This document shows, piece by piece, positions 1 to 13,902 of a stretch of DNA of 64,000 nt. Under the pieces are notes generated by a model that saw only the letters and a list, made by a program, of their open reading frames with translations, was not told where the DNA came from and did not search any database. Position 1 is the stretch's first letter. Every line of letters starts with the position of its first letter. The stretch is from Eledone cirrhosa (taxonomy: Eukaryota): positions 15,004,001 through 15,068,000 of the forward strand of contig OZ024758.1 of assembly GCA_964016885.1 (NCBI GenBank), read 5' to 3'. Made by a program: the position numbers and the translations under genes.

Positions 1-199
1 TACGTTCTCTGTTCAAATCCTGCCGAGGTTAACTTTACCTTTCATCCTTACAGGGTTTGATAAAATTATGCACCAGTCATTAACTGGGGGTCAATTTAAT
101 CGACTTTCCCTTCTCCCCAAATTGCTGGCCTTGTGCCTAAAGTAGAAATCATTATCAATATTATAGTAAAGGAAACTTGTCCAAGGTGTCCCATTGGTG

Positions 200-840
200 A
201 CCAGATTGTACTGGGAGCATTTCATGATGGTACTGTCACTTTACAGAGTGTACTGGGTGTATTTTATCATGGCACCAGCACCACTACATTACAGAGTGTA
301 CTGGGTGTATTTTATCAAGACACCAGTGACACCACTACATTACAGAGTGTACGGGGTGTATTTTATCATGACACCAACACCACTATATTACAGAGTGTAC
401 TGGTTGCATGTTATCATGACACCAGCACTACTACTTTACAGAGTGTACTGGGTGTATTTTATCATGACACCAGCACCACCAATTTACAGGGTGTACTGGG
501 TGTATTTTATCATGACACCAACACCACCAATTTACAGAATGTACTGGGTGTATTTTATCATGACACCAGCACCACCAATTTACAGAATGTACTGGGTGTA
601 TTTTATCATGACACCAGCACCACTACATTACAGAGTGTACAGGGTGTATTTTATCATGACACCAGCACTACTACTTTACAGAGTGTACTGGTTGCATGTT
701 ATCATGACACCAGCACCACTACTTTACAGAGTGCACTGGGTGCATTTTATCATGGCATCAGCACTACCACTTTACAGAGTGCACTGGGTGCATTTTATCA
801 TGACACCAGCACCACTACATTATAGAATGTACTGGGTGTA
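200..840 (+). repeat. 48-bp minisatellite (about 13 units) homologous to the SINE B subunit
   Basis: TTACAGAGTGTACTGGGTGTATTTTATCATGACACCAGCACCACTACA. Confidence 0.9.
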
Positions 841-1380
841 TATGGCCCTTTATGATCTGAGGTCAAATCCAGCTGAGGTTAACTTTGCCTTTCATCCTTA
901 CAGGGTTGATAAAATAAAGTACCAGTAATACACTGGGATAATTGCTGGCCTTGTGCCAAAAGTAGAAACAATTATTATAAAGTCTGTACATTCCTCTCTT
1001 TCTGGTTCATATTTTGTTCTCCTGCAACTCTTCCTAAATGTCTCTTTTTTTTTATTTCATTACTTTTACTTAACTTGGCATTTCCTAACTATTCTACCCC
1101 CTCACTCTCTTTCTCGTTATAACTCTCTCTCTTACTCTCTCTCTCGCTCTTCTCTCCCTCTCAAGCTCTATCTCACCCTCTCTCTCTCTCTCAAGCTCTC
1201 TCCCTCTCTCTATCTCACCCTCTCTCTCTCTCCCTCTCTATCTATCTATCTCTCTCCCTCATTATCTAGCACCACAGATCGGACATCATCAGAGAAAGCT
1301 AGCTGACCAATCAACCAATCAGAGATATATATAAAAAAAATTTGACCCCATCAGTTTGACCAATTGTTATGAATAATAAG

Positions 1381-2190
1381 ATGTGGTGATGGTGGTAGTG
1401 GTGGTGGTGGTAGTGGTAGTGGTGATGGTGGTTGTGGTGGTTGTGGTGGTGGTAGTGGTGCTGATGGTGGTGGTGGTGGTAGTGGTAGTGGTGATGGTGG
1501 TGGTTGTGGTGGTTGTGGTGGTGGTAGTGGTGGTGGTGGTGGTGGTGGTAGTGGTAGTGGTGATGGTGGTTGTGGTGGTTGTGGTGGTGGTAGTGGTGCT
1601 GATGGTGGTGGTGGTGGTTGTGGTGGTTGTGGTGGTGGTAGTGGTGGTGATGGTGGTGGTGGTGGTGATGGTGGTTGTGGTGGTGGTAGTGGTACTGATG
1701 GTGGTGGTTGTGGTAGTGGTGGTTGTGGTGGTTGTGGTGGTGATGGTGGTGGTAGTGGTTGTGGTGGTGGTGATGGTGGTAGTGGTAGTGGTGATGATGG
1801 TTGTGGTGGTGCTGGTGCTGATGGTGGTGGTGGAGGAAGTGATGGTGTTGATGGTGTTGATGGAGGTGGTGATGGTGATGATGGCGCTGGTGGTGATGGA
1901 AGAAGTGATGGTGGCGATGGTGCTGATGGTGGTGGTAGTGATGATGGTGATGGTGGTGATGGAGTAAGTGATGATGGTGATGGTGCTGATGGTGGTGGTG
2001 GAGGTAGTGATGATGGTGATGGTGGTGATGGAGGTGCTGGTAGTGATGTAGTGATGGTGGTGCTGATGCTGATGGTGGTGATGGAGGTAGTGATGGTGGT
2101 GCTGGTAGTGATGTAGTGATGGTGGTGCTGATGCTGATGGTGGTGATGGAGGTAGTGATGATGGAGGTAGTGATGGTGGTGATGATGGCG
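1381..2190. repeat. (GGT/GAT)n trinucleotide array
   Basis: Direct reading; similar arrays at 2820-4055, 32700-33000, 43650-44310 and 55730-56930. Confidence 0.95.
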
Positions 2191-2663
2191 GTAAGACAGA
2201 GAGAGAGAGAATTTTCTTTTTTCTTTCCCCTGCAGTAAGCAACTCTATGTCTATAGTGTTGGCATTCTCTCAATCAACTTCAACAATAACCTATAGCCTA
2301 GTATCATGACTCAATGTTCCTCTGATCTTATGTAGGCAGTCTCTCAAGAGAGAGGATTAAGTATTATCTCGAATGTCAGATGACTTCAACTTAATTCAGA
2401 CTCAAAGTCAAGTAATGAGGAAGACACATCAGACTTCATAACTTTAACCCCCAATATTAGTTGTTGTGTTTGTTTTCAACATTTTTGGTTGGGTTTTGTT
2501 GTTGGTTTTTTTGTTGTTGTTGTTTTTTTTTGGGGGGGGGGGGGGGGCTCGTCATCATAATCTTCATCATCAATCATAATCTTTATTATCATCATCATCA
2601 TCAATCACCACCATCACCAAATAATATTGAATGAATTTTATTAGAAGACATATAGAGCATAAT

Positions 2664-2778
2664 TGTTTCTAGTTTTGGCACAAGGGCCAGCAATTATCCC
2701 AGTGTATTACTGGTACTTTATTTTATCGACCCCCCCCATAAGGATGAAAGGCAAAGTTAACCTCGGGCGGGATTTGAA
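2664..2778 (-). mobile_element. 5'-truncated SINE A with clean TSD
   Basis: ACATATAGAGCATAAT on both sides (2648, 2778). Confidence 0.9.
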
Positions 2779-4210
2779 CATATAGAGCATAATAATAGAC
2801 AAATGGGTTTATTTTAGTGAATCATCATCATCATCATCATCATTGTCATCATCATAATCTTCATTATCATCATCATTATCATCATCATCATCATTCACCA
2901 CCACCACCATTGTCACCATCATCACCATCATCATAACCACCACCACCATCACCACCATCATAACCACCACCACCACCACCATCATCATCACTATCATCAA
3001 TCAGCACCACCACCATCATCACCATCATCATAACCACCACCACCACCATCATCACCATCATCATAACCACCACCACCACCATCATCATCACCATCATCAT
3101 AACCACCACCACCATCATCATCATCATCACCATCATCATAACCACCACCACCACCATCATCATCACCATCATCATAACCACCACCACCACCATCCATCAT
3201 CATCACCATCATTCATAACCACCACCACCATCATCATCATCATCACCATCATCATAACCACCACCACCACCATCATCATCATCACCATCATCATAACCAC
3301 CACCACCACCATCATCATCATCACCATCATCATAACCACCACCACCACCATTATCATTACCATCATCATAACCACCACCACCACCATCATCATCATCACC
3401 ATCATCATAACCACCACCACCACCATCATCATCACCATCATCATTACCATCATCATAACCACCACCATCATCATAACCACCACCCACCACCATCATCATT
3501 ACCATCATCATAACCACCACCATCATCATAACCACCACCACCACCATCATCACCATCATCATAACCACCACCACCACCATCATCATTACCATCATCATAA
3601 CCACCACCATCATCACCATCATCATAACCATCATCATAACCACCACCACCATCATTATCATCATCACCATCATCATAACCACCACCACCATCATCACCAT
3701 CATCATAACCACCACCACCACCACCACCATCATCATTACCATCATCATAACCACCACCACCACCATCATCATCACCATCATCAATCAGCACCACCACCAT
3801 CATCACCATCATCATAACCACCACCACCACCATCATCACCATCATCATAACCACCACCACCATCATCATCATCGTCACCATCATCATAACCACCACCACC
3901 ACCACCATCATCATTACCATCATCATAACCACCACCACCACCACCATCATCATAACCACCACCACCATCATCATCATCATTACCATCATCATAAACCACC
4001 ACCACCACCATCATCATTACCATCATCACCACCACCACCACCACCACCACCATCATATATATATATATATATAAGCAGAAGAGATATTCAATTTGTTGGT
4101 AATTCAACAAATATAAATGTTTATAACTGATTCAGAGCACTCAACAAGTTTTTCTGGAGTATAATATACAATGATATTAAATAAATGGAAACTATATTTA
4201 TAAAACCATA

Positions 4211-4276
4211 TTTATTCTATTATATATATTTCAAGGGTACCAAAAACTTTGGTACGCTCTCATCAGATAAAATACA
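4211..4276 (-). ncRNA. Minimal type I hammerhead ribozyme (family H1)
   Basis: TATTTTAT-CTGATGA-stem II (GAGCGTACCA/TGGTACCCTT)-GAAA-TATATA-TA^-ATAGAATA. Confidence 0.8.
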
Positions 4277-4404
4277 AAGTGTGTTTTATAAATTTTCTAT
4301 TTATTTAATATCATTGAATATTATACTCCAGAAAAACCTGTTGAGTGCTCTGAATCAGTTATAAACATTTATATTTGTTGAATTACCAAGACATTCTAAC
4401 TACA

Positions 4405-4935
4405 CACCCATAGAATCGGAGCTGTGGTCTCTCAATTTGGAGAAGTATCGGCTCTACCTGGGTTGACTCTCTGAGCTATGCACTTTATCAAGTAACGTTA
4501 CTCCAACGACCCTTTGGAGAAATCCCATTTTGGCCACTTGTATTCACAATCGTATTTTTGGGGTTATTACCTAAGATTCATGACCATAGGTAAGGGTTGG
4601 CATGAATTCCAAATTGAAGATAGTGAGTTTTGCATTTACACCTACCTCCCTTCTTCTGATTACCGGATGTTAAAGCTGGTGCATTACTGCACCAGCTCCT
4701 GCAATTCTGCACCAGCTCCTGCAATTGTTGCACTTAATTCAGCCTTCTGTCTTCCATCAATCGTGATCACAGCCTCGAGATAATTGAACTTCTCTACCTG
4801 CTTCAGTGGAACTCCATTCACATGTAGAGTGCACTGCACAGGCTTCTTTGAGAGGACAACTGTCTCAGTCTTCACTGCACTGATTTTCATTCCAACCATG
4901 CAAGCACTTGGAATTAGATTAACAACATTGCCCTC
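4405..4935 (-). pseudogene. Decayed RTE LINE fragment (RT C-terminal region)
   Basis: MKISAVKTETVV..LKQVEKFNYL..AELSATIAGA; homologous to the 12545-12850 fragment; stops downstream. Confidence 0.8.
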
Positions 4936-5527
4936 GAAAAAAATCAAAAAAAACTATGTGAAGTGTTTATGAAAACATTAAACTAAATTAATAATAAAGG
5001 CAATATCTAATTTGATGAGATAAGATAGTTATTTCCACTTACTGTTTAATAATTTTTTTTTATCTTCCTTTAGGCTGTAATGATTAATTGAGATATTTTC
5101 TCAAGTTATATGATAAATGTTTTAAGTAGCACACATGAGATCCAACATTATTGGCATCAAATAGAATAAACTTTAAGTTTCTGGCTTTTATTCTGGAATA
5201 ATGAATGAAAAATTAGCTATAATAATTTTAGTTTTCATTTTTATTGTTTTTATTTATGATAGTTTCAATATATTGGGTCGTCAAGTATGAAATTTGTAGA
5301 AATTTGTTTGTTTTTTTTTCTACAAATTTGTACAAATTTCATACTTGATGAGATAATATATTCCCATTCTATAATTCCCAGGTATATAAACTATAAATTT
5401 CTCGGCTATCTTCTTAGTTTGTATCTCTTCTCATGTTCATCTCATATTAACAATAAGCTGTTATTGTAATCTCTGTGAAACACTCACTCCTTGCAACAGT
5501 GAAAAGATGGAAGCTTGCTTCGTATAA

Positions 5528-5908
5528 TTGTTTCTACTTTTGGCACAAGGTCAGCAATTATTCCAGTGTATTACTGGTACTTTATTTTCTCGACCCCGTC
5601 AGGATCAAAGGCAAAGTTAACCTCGGCGGGATTTGAACTCAGAATCGCAATAGCCGTAACTCTATACGTCAAAGCATGGCGTCCGACCCTCTACCGATTC
5701 TGCCAATCCACCGCCCTTGCTTCATATAATTGTTTCTACTTTGGGCACAAGGCCAGCAATTATCCCAGTGTATTACTGGTACTTTATTTTATCGACCCCG
5801 TAAGGATGAAAGGCAAAGTTGACCTCGGCGGGATTTGAACTCAGAATGGAAAGGACTGTAATTCTATGCGTCAAAGCATGGTGTCCGACCCTTTACCGAT
5901 ACTGCCAG
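5528..5908 (-). mobile_element. SINE A tandem pair
   Basis: Two copies, each preceded on the + strand by CTTGCTTC(G/A)TATAA (5514, 5716). Confidence 0.9.
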
Positions 5909-6104
5909 TTGTTTCCGATGATGAAGACTCCAGTTGATCCAATCAACAGAACTACCTGCTCATGAAATTAACTGTACATATACATATAACAATCAATCAA
6001 CAAGATCTATAGGTGTTTTCCATACAGTATAGGTTAAACTCACATGTAATAATTCTTTACACACATCTCACTGTGTAATATATTTATATATATATATATA
6101 ATGT

Positions 6105-6530
6105 AGGAGGTGAGCTTTATTGTAGCACAATAAAGCAACCATTTTTTTCAGTTATTTCTCTGTGGAGACAGCGTTTCTCAGTTTAAATGTTTATCTCTCT
6201 CTCTTTCTGTCTTCTCTCTTTCTCTCTCCTTCCTCCTTCTTATATTCTTCCTTCGTTATCCTTTCCTTCTTTTTTCTTTTTCCTTTCTTCCTCTTCCTTA
6301 CTTTTCTCCCCTTCCTTTCCTTTTTTCCAATCTCCTATATCCTTTTAAATTTATTCATCATATGTTTATTAGACACTACCTTGCTCACAAGTGTTTTTTT
6401 TAAGCTTCATATCATGTCTCCCTGTTTTATCTGATGAGAACGCAAATATCGTCCCAGGATGATATTTGTTTTTGAAATGCGCATAATAAAATACATAGAA
6501 CATTTTTAACTATCTTTTAATTTCTTCTTA
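6105..6530 (+). mobile_element. Short non-coding hammerhead-bearing element (H2 family; other copies 63177-63682 and partial 39720-39870)
   Basis: Copies align from GAGGTGAG(C/T)TTTAT through a pyrimidine tract and the ribozyme to TCTTTTAATTTC; all abut (TA)n. Confidence 0.8.
6423..6493 (+). ncRNA. Minimal type I hammerhead ribozyme (family H2)
   Basis: TGTTTTAT-CTGATGA-GAACGCAAATATC/GATATTTGTTTTT-GAAA-TGCGCA-TA^-ATAAAATA. Confidence 0.88.
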
Positions 6531-7500
6531 TATATATATAGATCGACATAGCCCCTCATTTGCTTACCGAGTGAGGTGGAATTCATCAGATTGGAACAAG
6601 AAAACAATGTTTCCATTGGTCTTTCCATTGCTGATACTATCTACCAGTCAAAACTCTTATCAAATTTACCATTGCACTAATATATTTGGCTGGAATCTTA
6701 CTCCATCCACAAATCTGGTCTGTGACTCAGCATAAAAATCACCTAGAAAATTCTAGTTAACCTTCATGTTATATGTCTGTACCCCCCCCCCCCCCCTCCC
6801 CCCACCTTCTTCTCATCTATACATATCCCATAATGCTTCTTTGAGATTAAATTTGGTTGAGGGATCTTCAAGCTTCCATCTTGATTTTCTCCAGAATGCC
6901 TTGTGTCTCTGAGTTCATTTATCTCTTATCCCAAGGTCAGCTTTCATACATTAAAATCTATCCACATAAAACTTACAAACGAATAAAGGATTTATATTTT
7001 AGCTTCCTTCCTGAATGGCATTTGAACTAAATAAATGCTTTCTTGAAATAATCCTTTTTAACCTGATCATTCTTATACATTTGATAAAATTTCTCTCTCT
7101 TAGTAAAACCATTGACATTCAAAACTTTTTCCTTTTTATCTTTTTATATAACCAAATGCAATTCAATTCTCAAAAGCTTTTAGTATTTTAAAATTTTCAT
7201 GTTAAGTTATTTGAAGAAATTTAGTTTTAGTTTCTTTATAGAAATCTATACTTCCTCTTCTGTTACTGGCATGCAAAAATATAAAACTTTTCTTCTTCAA
7301 AGACTGCTTTTTAGTGGTCTCTTTACTGTAGATCTTCAACAGCCTAAAGTTTCTTGTTGGCATTCCTCAGCTTAACCAATCAGTTTAGTTTTGCTTTAGC
7401 CAACCAACAGCTTGCACAACAACTTCTTCATCAACAATCACATTAAGATACATGTGTTATATGTGTTATGTATGTATGTATGTGTGTGGATGTATGTAAT

Positions 7501-7532
<32 letters not shown>

Positions 7533-7769
7533 TACATATATATATTGATATAGTTGTATATATATGTATATATTGTATATATATATGTGTATATATATAT
7601 ATATATATATAGTTGTATATATATGTATATATTGTATATATATATGTATATATATATATATACATATATATATAAATATATTTATATACATATATATATA
7701 TATACATAGATATACATAGATATATATTTATATGCATATATATATATATATATACATACACACACATAC

Positions 7770-7820
<51 letters not shown>

Positions 7821-7982
7821 TATACATATATATATACATATATATATACATACATATATATATATACACACATACATACATATATATATATACACACATA
7901 CATATATATATATACATACACACATACATATATAAATATATATACACACATACACATACAAATATATATACACAAGCATACG

Positions 7983-8032
<50 letters not shown>

Positions 8033-8892
8033 CTTACATATATATATATAATTTATGTCTAACCTTTTCTTCTCTTAGCACAACAGACTTTATAGATCCT
8101 TCTGACATGTAACACTTTCAAATGTACGAGAATCTGCTGAAAGGTTTTCACCTCAGCCACACTCATCTTAGTTTGGTCTTATTCTATTATCTACATTATT
8201 CTATACAATAAATATGTTTGGCTTGTTTGTTTTTTTGTTTGTTGTTTTACTAGCTTTTGTTTTGTATTCTTATTGTTTTTATTTTTTATTTTTTATTTTT
8301 TATTTTTTATTTTTTATTTTTTATTTTTTATTTTTTATTTTTTATTTTTTATTTTTTATTTTTTATTTTTTATTTTTTATTTTTTATTTTTTATTTTTAG
8401 TATATATATTTTTTTTTATTTCTATTCTTTATTATTACTTTGCCTTTCATCCTTACGGGGTCGATAAAATAATGTACCAGTAATGCACTGGGTAATTGTT
8501 GGCCTTGTGCCTAAAGTAGAAACAATTATTATTTTTTTATTTCTATTTATTTATTTTTTATTTTTATTATTTTTATTATATATTTTTTATTATTTATTAT
8601 TCATTTATTATTTTTATTTTTTATTTATTTATAATTTTTGTTATTTTTTTATTTTTTGTTATTTTTATCATTATTTTTGTTTATCTTTTATTTTTTGTAT
8701 TATTTTATTATCTTTATTATTATTTTTTTATTTTTGTTGTATTATTATTTTTATTATCTTTTATTGTTTTATTTATTATTTTCACTTATATAAGAATATC
8801 ATTAAATACCCTGATATTCAGATATAAATCAAGAAATGTCTTCTCCACGAAAGTTAGCAGTTAACTGCTCATATACTATCATTATTATTTTT

Positions 8893-9075
8893 AGATTGGC
8901 AGTATCGGTAGAGTGTCGGACGCCATGCTTTCCAGCATAGTTACGTCCCTTTACGATCTGAGTTCAAATCCCGCCGAGGTTGACTTTGCCTTTCATCCTT
9001 ACGGGGTCGATAAAATAAAGTACCAGTAATGCACTGGATAATTGCTGTCCTTGTGCCTAAAGTAGAAACAATTAT
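8893..9075 (+). mobile_element. SINE A (partial copies also at 1-150, 842-975, 8437-8530)
   Basis: Near identical to the 38790 copy. Confidence 0.9.
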
Positions 9076-9652
9076 TATTTTTATTGTCATTATTATGATT
9101 ATTATTATTATTAAAGTAAAGAAATCATTATTATTGTTGTTGTTGTTGTTGTTATTGTCATTATTGTTTTTGTTGCTATTGTTACGTTTGTCATTGTTGT
9201 TGTTGTCGTCGTCGTCGTTGTTGTTGTTGTCGTTGTTATTGTTGTTGCTGATGTTGTTGTTGTTATGGATATTCTCTAACCGTCTAACCCATGCTAGCGT
9301 GGAAGAACGGACGTAAAACGGTGATGATGATTCTCATTGTTGTTATTATTATTGTTGTTGCTGATGTTGTCATTTTATTTTTGCATTTTAAATCCTCCTC
9401 CGTTGTTTTCTTTTCTCCACTTTTCCACTTTTGGTTGGATGGGTTTTCAAATTTCAACAATGCCAAACAGTTGCTCTTTTACAGCTGGATTCCTTCCCTA
9501 ACATTATCCATTCCCATCGAAAGATAAGAGGAACAGTCTTCTTCTCTTCCAGCACGGAATATGGTTTCGCTAATGGAACAATATTCTAGTCACAGCATGA
9601 CTTTAAGATCTGATTATTTTGGCAACTTGATCCAGAAAGTAAAACACCAGTC

Positions 9653-10156
9653 ACATGCTGGTTACGTGTTGGCCACGTGTTGACCACATGTTTGCCACAT
9701 GTTGGCTGCATGTTGGCCACACGTTGGTCACGTGTTGGCCGCATGTTGGTCGCGTGTTGGCTACATGTTGGCCGCATGTTGGCCGCGGGTTGGTCACGTG
9801 TTGGCCGCGTGTTGGCCACATGTTGGCTGCATGTTGGTCACATGTTGGCTGCATGTTGGTCGCGTGTTGGCCACATGTTGGCGGCATGTTGGCTGCATGT
9901 TGGCCGCGTGTTGGCCGCATGTTGGCAGCATGTTGGCTGCATGTTGGCCGCGTGTTGGTCGCGTGTTGGCAGCATGTTGGCCGCGTGTTGGCTACATGTT
10001 GGCAGCATGTTGGCCGCGTGTTGGCCGCATGTTGGCTACATGATAGCAGCATGTTGGCCGCATGTTGGCCGCATGTTGGCCGCGTGTTGGCCACATGTTG
10101 GCCGCGTGTTCGTCGCATGCTGGCCGAGTGTTGGTCACATGTTGACCACATGTTGA
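9653..10156. repeat. 11-bp minisatellite (CATGTTGGCCG variants)
   Basis: About 45 units in fixed phase. Confidence 0.95.
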
Positions 10157-10474
10157 CCACCACCATCATCATCATCATCTTCATCATCATTATCAGCACC
10201 AGCACCATCATCATCATCATCATCATCATCATTATCATCATCATCATCACCATCATTACCATCATCATCAAATGTCTGTTTTCCTTGCCAGCAAGGGTCA
10301 TCATCATCATCATTGTCAGCTCTATCACCATCATCATCATCATCATCTTCACCATCATTACCATCATCACCATCATCATCATCTTCGTCATCATCACCAT
10401 CATTACCATCATCATCATCATCTTCGTCATCATCATCACCATCATCACCATCATTACCATCATCATCATCATCA

Positions 10475-10665
10475 AATGCCTGTTTTCCCTGCTAGCAAGG
10501 GTTGGATGGGTCTACACAGAGCAAGTCAGTACTGAAACGGGGCTACTGACCTCCCAGACAGGCTGGACATCTGGAGATCTGTCTGATCACACTTAGGTAT
10601 GATCTCACATTCTACTAAGGCACGGGTGAGGTTGCCATGTGATTAACACAACTGAAGGGTCCTCT
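10475..10665 (-). mobile_element. RTE-like 3' end fragment
   Basis: Tail CCATCCAACCCTTGCTAGCAGGGAAAACAGGC followed by (GAT)n, similar to the RTE-3 tail. Confidence 0.55.
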
Positions 10666-11756
10666 CAAGGCCAACAATTTTTTAGGGGAGGAGATCGCCC
10701 CCAACAATTTTTTTAGGGGAGGAGATCGCCCCCAACAATTTTTTAGGGGAGGAGATCGCCCCCAACAATTTTTTTAGGGGAGGAGATCGCCCCCAACAAT
10801 TTTTTAGGGGAGGAGATCGCCCCCAACAATTTTTTAGGGGAGGAGATCGCCCCCAACAATTTTTTTAGGGGAGGAGATCGCCCCCAACAATTTTTTAGGG
10901 GAGGAGATCGCCCTCAATTTTTTTAGGGGAGCAGATCGCCCTCAACAATTTTTTAGGGGAGGAGATCGCCCTCAACAATTTTTAGGGGAGGAGATCGCCC
11001 CCAACAATTTTTTAGGGGAGGAGATCGCCCCCAACAATTTTTTAGGGGAGGAGATCGCCCTCAACAATTTTTTAGGAGAGGAGATCGCCCCCAACAATTT
11101 TTTAGGGGAGGACATCGCCCCCAACAATTTTTTAGGGGAGGAGATCGCCCCCAACAATTTTTTAGGGGAGGAGATCGCCCTCAACAATTTTTTTAGGGGA
11201 GGAGATCGCCCCCCCCCCACCCCCACGCCCATCCAGTGCATTACTGGTACTTTATTTTATCGACCCCGTAAGGATGAAAGGCAAAGCTAACCTCGGCAGG
11301 ATTTGAAATCAGAACGTAAAGGGCCATAACTATATGCTGCAACGCATGTTGTTCAACGCTCTACTAAACATTAATAATGGTTTTTGATTTAGGCACAAGG
11401 CCAGCAATTTTGGGGGAGGGGAGAAAGTCAATTAGATTGACCCCAGTGCATTACTGGTACTTTATTTTATCGATGAAAGGCAAAGCTAACCTCGGCGGGA
11501 TTTGAAATCAGAACGTAAAGGGCTGCAACTCTATGCCACAAAGCATGTTGTCTGATGCTCTACTGATTCTGCTGATCGACTGCACTACAGTAGTAATTGT
11601 TTCTACTTTAGGCACAAGGCCTGCAATTATCCCAGTGCATTACTGGTACTTTATTTTATCGACCCCTGTAAGGATGAAAGGCAAAGTTAACCTCGGCGGG
11701 ATTTGAACTCGGAATGGCAAGGGCCGTAACTCTATACGTCAAAGCATGGCGTCCGC
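10666..11756 (-). mobile_element. Three tandem SINE A copies; the first contains a 30-31 bp minisatellite (10673-11212)
   Basis: Unit CAACAATTTTTTAGGGGAGGAGATCGCCCC corresponds to the SINE segment CAGCAATTTTGGGGGAGGGGAG..GATTGACCCC (11402-11444). Confidence 0.85.
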
Positions 11757-11774
11757 AAGGAAGCAACCGCTCTA

Positions 11775-12185
11775 GCAATGACAACAGCTGCAACAACAAC
11801 AGCTGCAACATTAAAAACAACAACAACAACAGCTGCAACATTAACATACAACAACAACAACAACAACAACAGCAGCTGCAACATTAACACACAACAACAA
11901 CAACAACAACAGCAGCTGCAACATTAACATACAACAACAACAACAGCAGCAGCTGCAACATTAACATACAACAACAACAACAACAACAACAGCTGCAACA
12001 TTAACATACAATAACAACAACAACAGCAGCTGCAACATTAACATACAACAACAACAGCAGCAGCTGCACCATTAACATACAACAACAACAACAGCTGCAA
12101 CAATAACATACAACAACAACAACAACAGCAGCTGCAACATTAACATACAACAACAACAGTAATAACAACATACAACAACAACATC
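11775..12185. repeat. Compound repeat (AAC)n-AGCTGCAACATTAACATAC
   Basis: Direct reading. Confidence 0.9.
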
Positions 12186-12544
12186 AATCAGTGCACTGAC
12201 TGATAAGAACAAGGTTAGCATAAATTCTGAAGCTATTTTCACAACCAAAATGATTATTTCTTTTCCTAAACTGAAGGCTTACAGTTATAGCATCAGATCA
12301 ATACAGGTAATGATGAGGATATGTACCAGCTGTTTTGCTCTCTTTTCCTCTCTCGTGCAGATTCTTAATGAGTTTAAACAACAACAAAAATCTTCATAGT
12401 AAAATTCTGCCCTGAATAAACCAGCTTACAAAAATTAAATATCATTCGTTCTGGTTAAGTTTCTATTATTCTTCAAATCCTTCATAGTTTGATAAAATAT
12501 TTTTTTTTGATATTTTGTGTCTCTGAACACAAATTTTGATATTT

Positions 12545-13575
12545 TATGATAGAAGCCAGGAGGCTGAAGTTAGTGCAAGAATTGCAAAAGCTGGTGTAAT
12601 AGTGCACCAGCTTCAGCATTCAGTAATCAGAAAAAGGGAGGTAGGTGTAAAAGTCAAACTTGCTATCTTCAATTTGGTATTCGTGCCAACCCTTACCTAT
12701 TGTCATCAATCTTGAGTAATGATCAAAAGAATACGAGCGTGAATACAAGTGGCCAAAATGGGGTTCCTTTAATGAGTCTTTGGAGTAATATTGCTCGATA
12801 AAGTGTGTAGCTCAGAGATCAGAGAGTCACTCCAGGTAGAGCTGCTACTTCTCTGAATTGAGAGATCACAGCTCCGATACTATAGACCTGTGGTTAGAAT
12901 GTCTCAGGAAAGAATCACTGGTCAGATTTGTAGCTCAGAGATCAGAGAGCCACTCCAGGTAGAGCTGCTACTTCTCTGAATTGAGAGATCACAGCTCCGA
13001 TACTATAGACATGTGGTTAAAATGTCTCAGGAAAGAATCACTGGACAGATTTGTAGCTTGGAGATCAGAGAGTCACTCCAGGTTGAGCTGCTACTTCTCT
13101 GAATTGAGAGATCACAGCTCCGATACTATAGACATGTGGTTAAAATGTCTCAGGAAAGAATCACTGGACAGATTTCTAGCTTGGAGATCAGAGAGCCACT
13201 CCAGGTAGAGCTGCTACTTCTCTGAATTGAGAGATCACAGCTCTGATACTATGGACATGTGGTTAGAATGTCTCAGGAAAGAATAACTGGACAGATTTCT
13301 AGCTTGGGGATCAGAGAGTCACTCCAGGTTGAGCTGCTACTTCTCTGAATTGAGAGATCACAGCTCCGATACTATGGACATGTGGTTAGAATGTCTGAGG
13401 AAAGAATCACTGGACAGATTTTATGGGTAAAACCAACAGACAGGAGACACAGTAGGAGACCCAGGGGTAGACCCAGGGGCAAGATGGTTGGATAACATCC
13501 ATGAGCTTGGCTGGTCTTGCTTGGGGATCCAGCTGGATCAGTTGGAGATGGTTGTTTCTGACAGGACCCTCTCAG
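12545..13575 (+). pseudogene. Decayed RTE LINE 3' fragment with five tandem 123-bp units (12808-13422)
   Basis: EVSARIAKAG..KLAIFNLVFVPTLTY..EIRESLQVE..IERSQLRYY; unit starts at 12808, 12931, 13054, 13177, 13300. Confidence 0.85.
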
Positions 13576-13902
13576 GAATGAGTGACTTTGAACACAAATT
13601 TTGAAATTGTTATTGTTTCACAATAAATATGCATGCATGGTCCTATAACTCCTAAGGTTGTCGTAGGGGTGCTGAACTGATATACTCTTATGGCATTTCT
13701 CGGACACTTTTTAACCTGGCGAAGCCCATCCCCTCTCCAGCTCTGAATACAGCAGATTTCTTCCATAGAAGGATACCAAGTGAGTCAGAGAAAGGAAATG
13801 ACAAAGCGATATAGAATAAGAATAAACCCCAGTACTAGACTGGTACTTTTTTTAATCAACCTTGAATACATAAATGACAAAATTGACCCCGGTGGGATTT
13901 GA

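Noticed and set aside
133-928. 230-244 aa ORFs with 16-aa repeats
   Set aside because: Translation of a 48-bp SINE-derived minisatellite bounded by SINE A pieces.
6700-7440. Possible decayed LINE C-terminus on the minus strand
   Set aside because: Many stops and no motif I can name with confidence.
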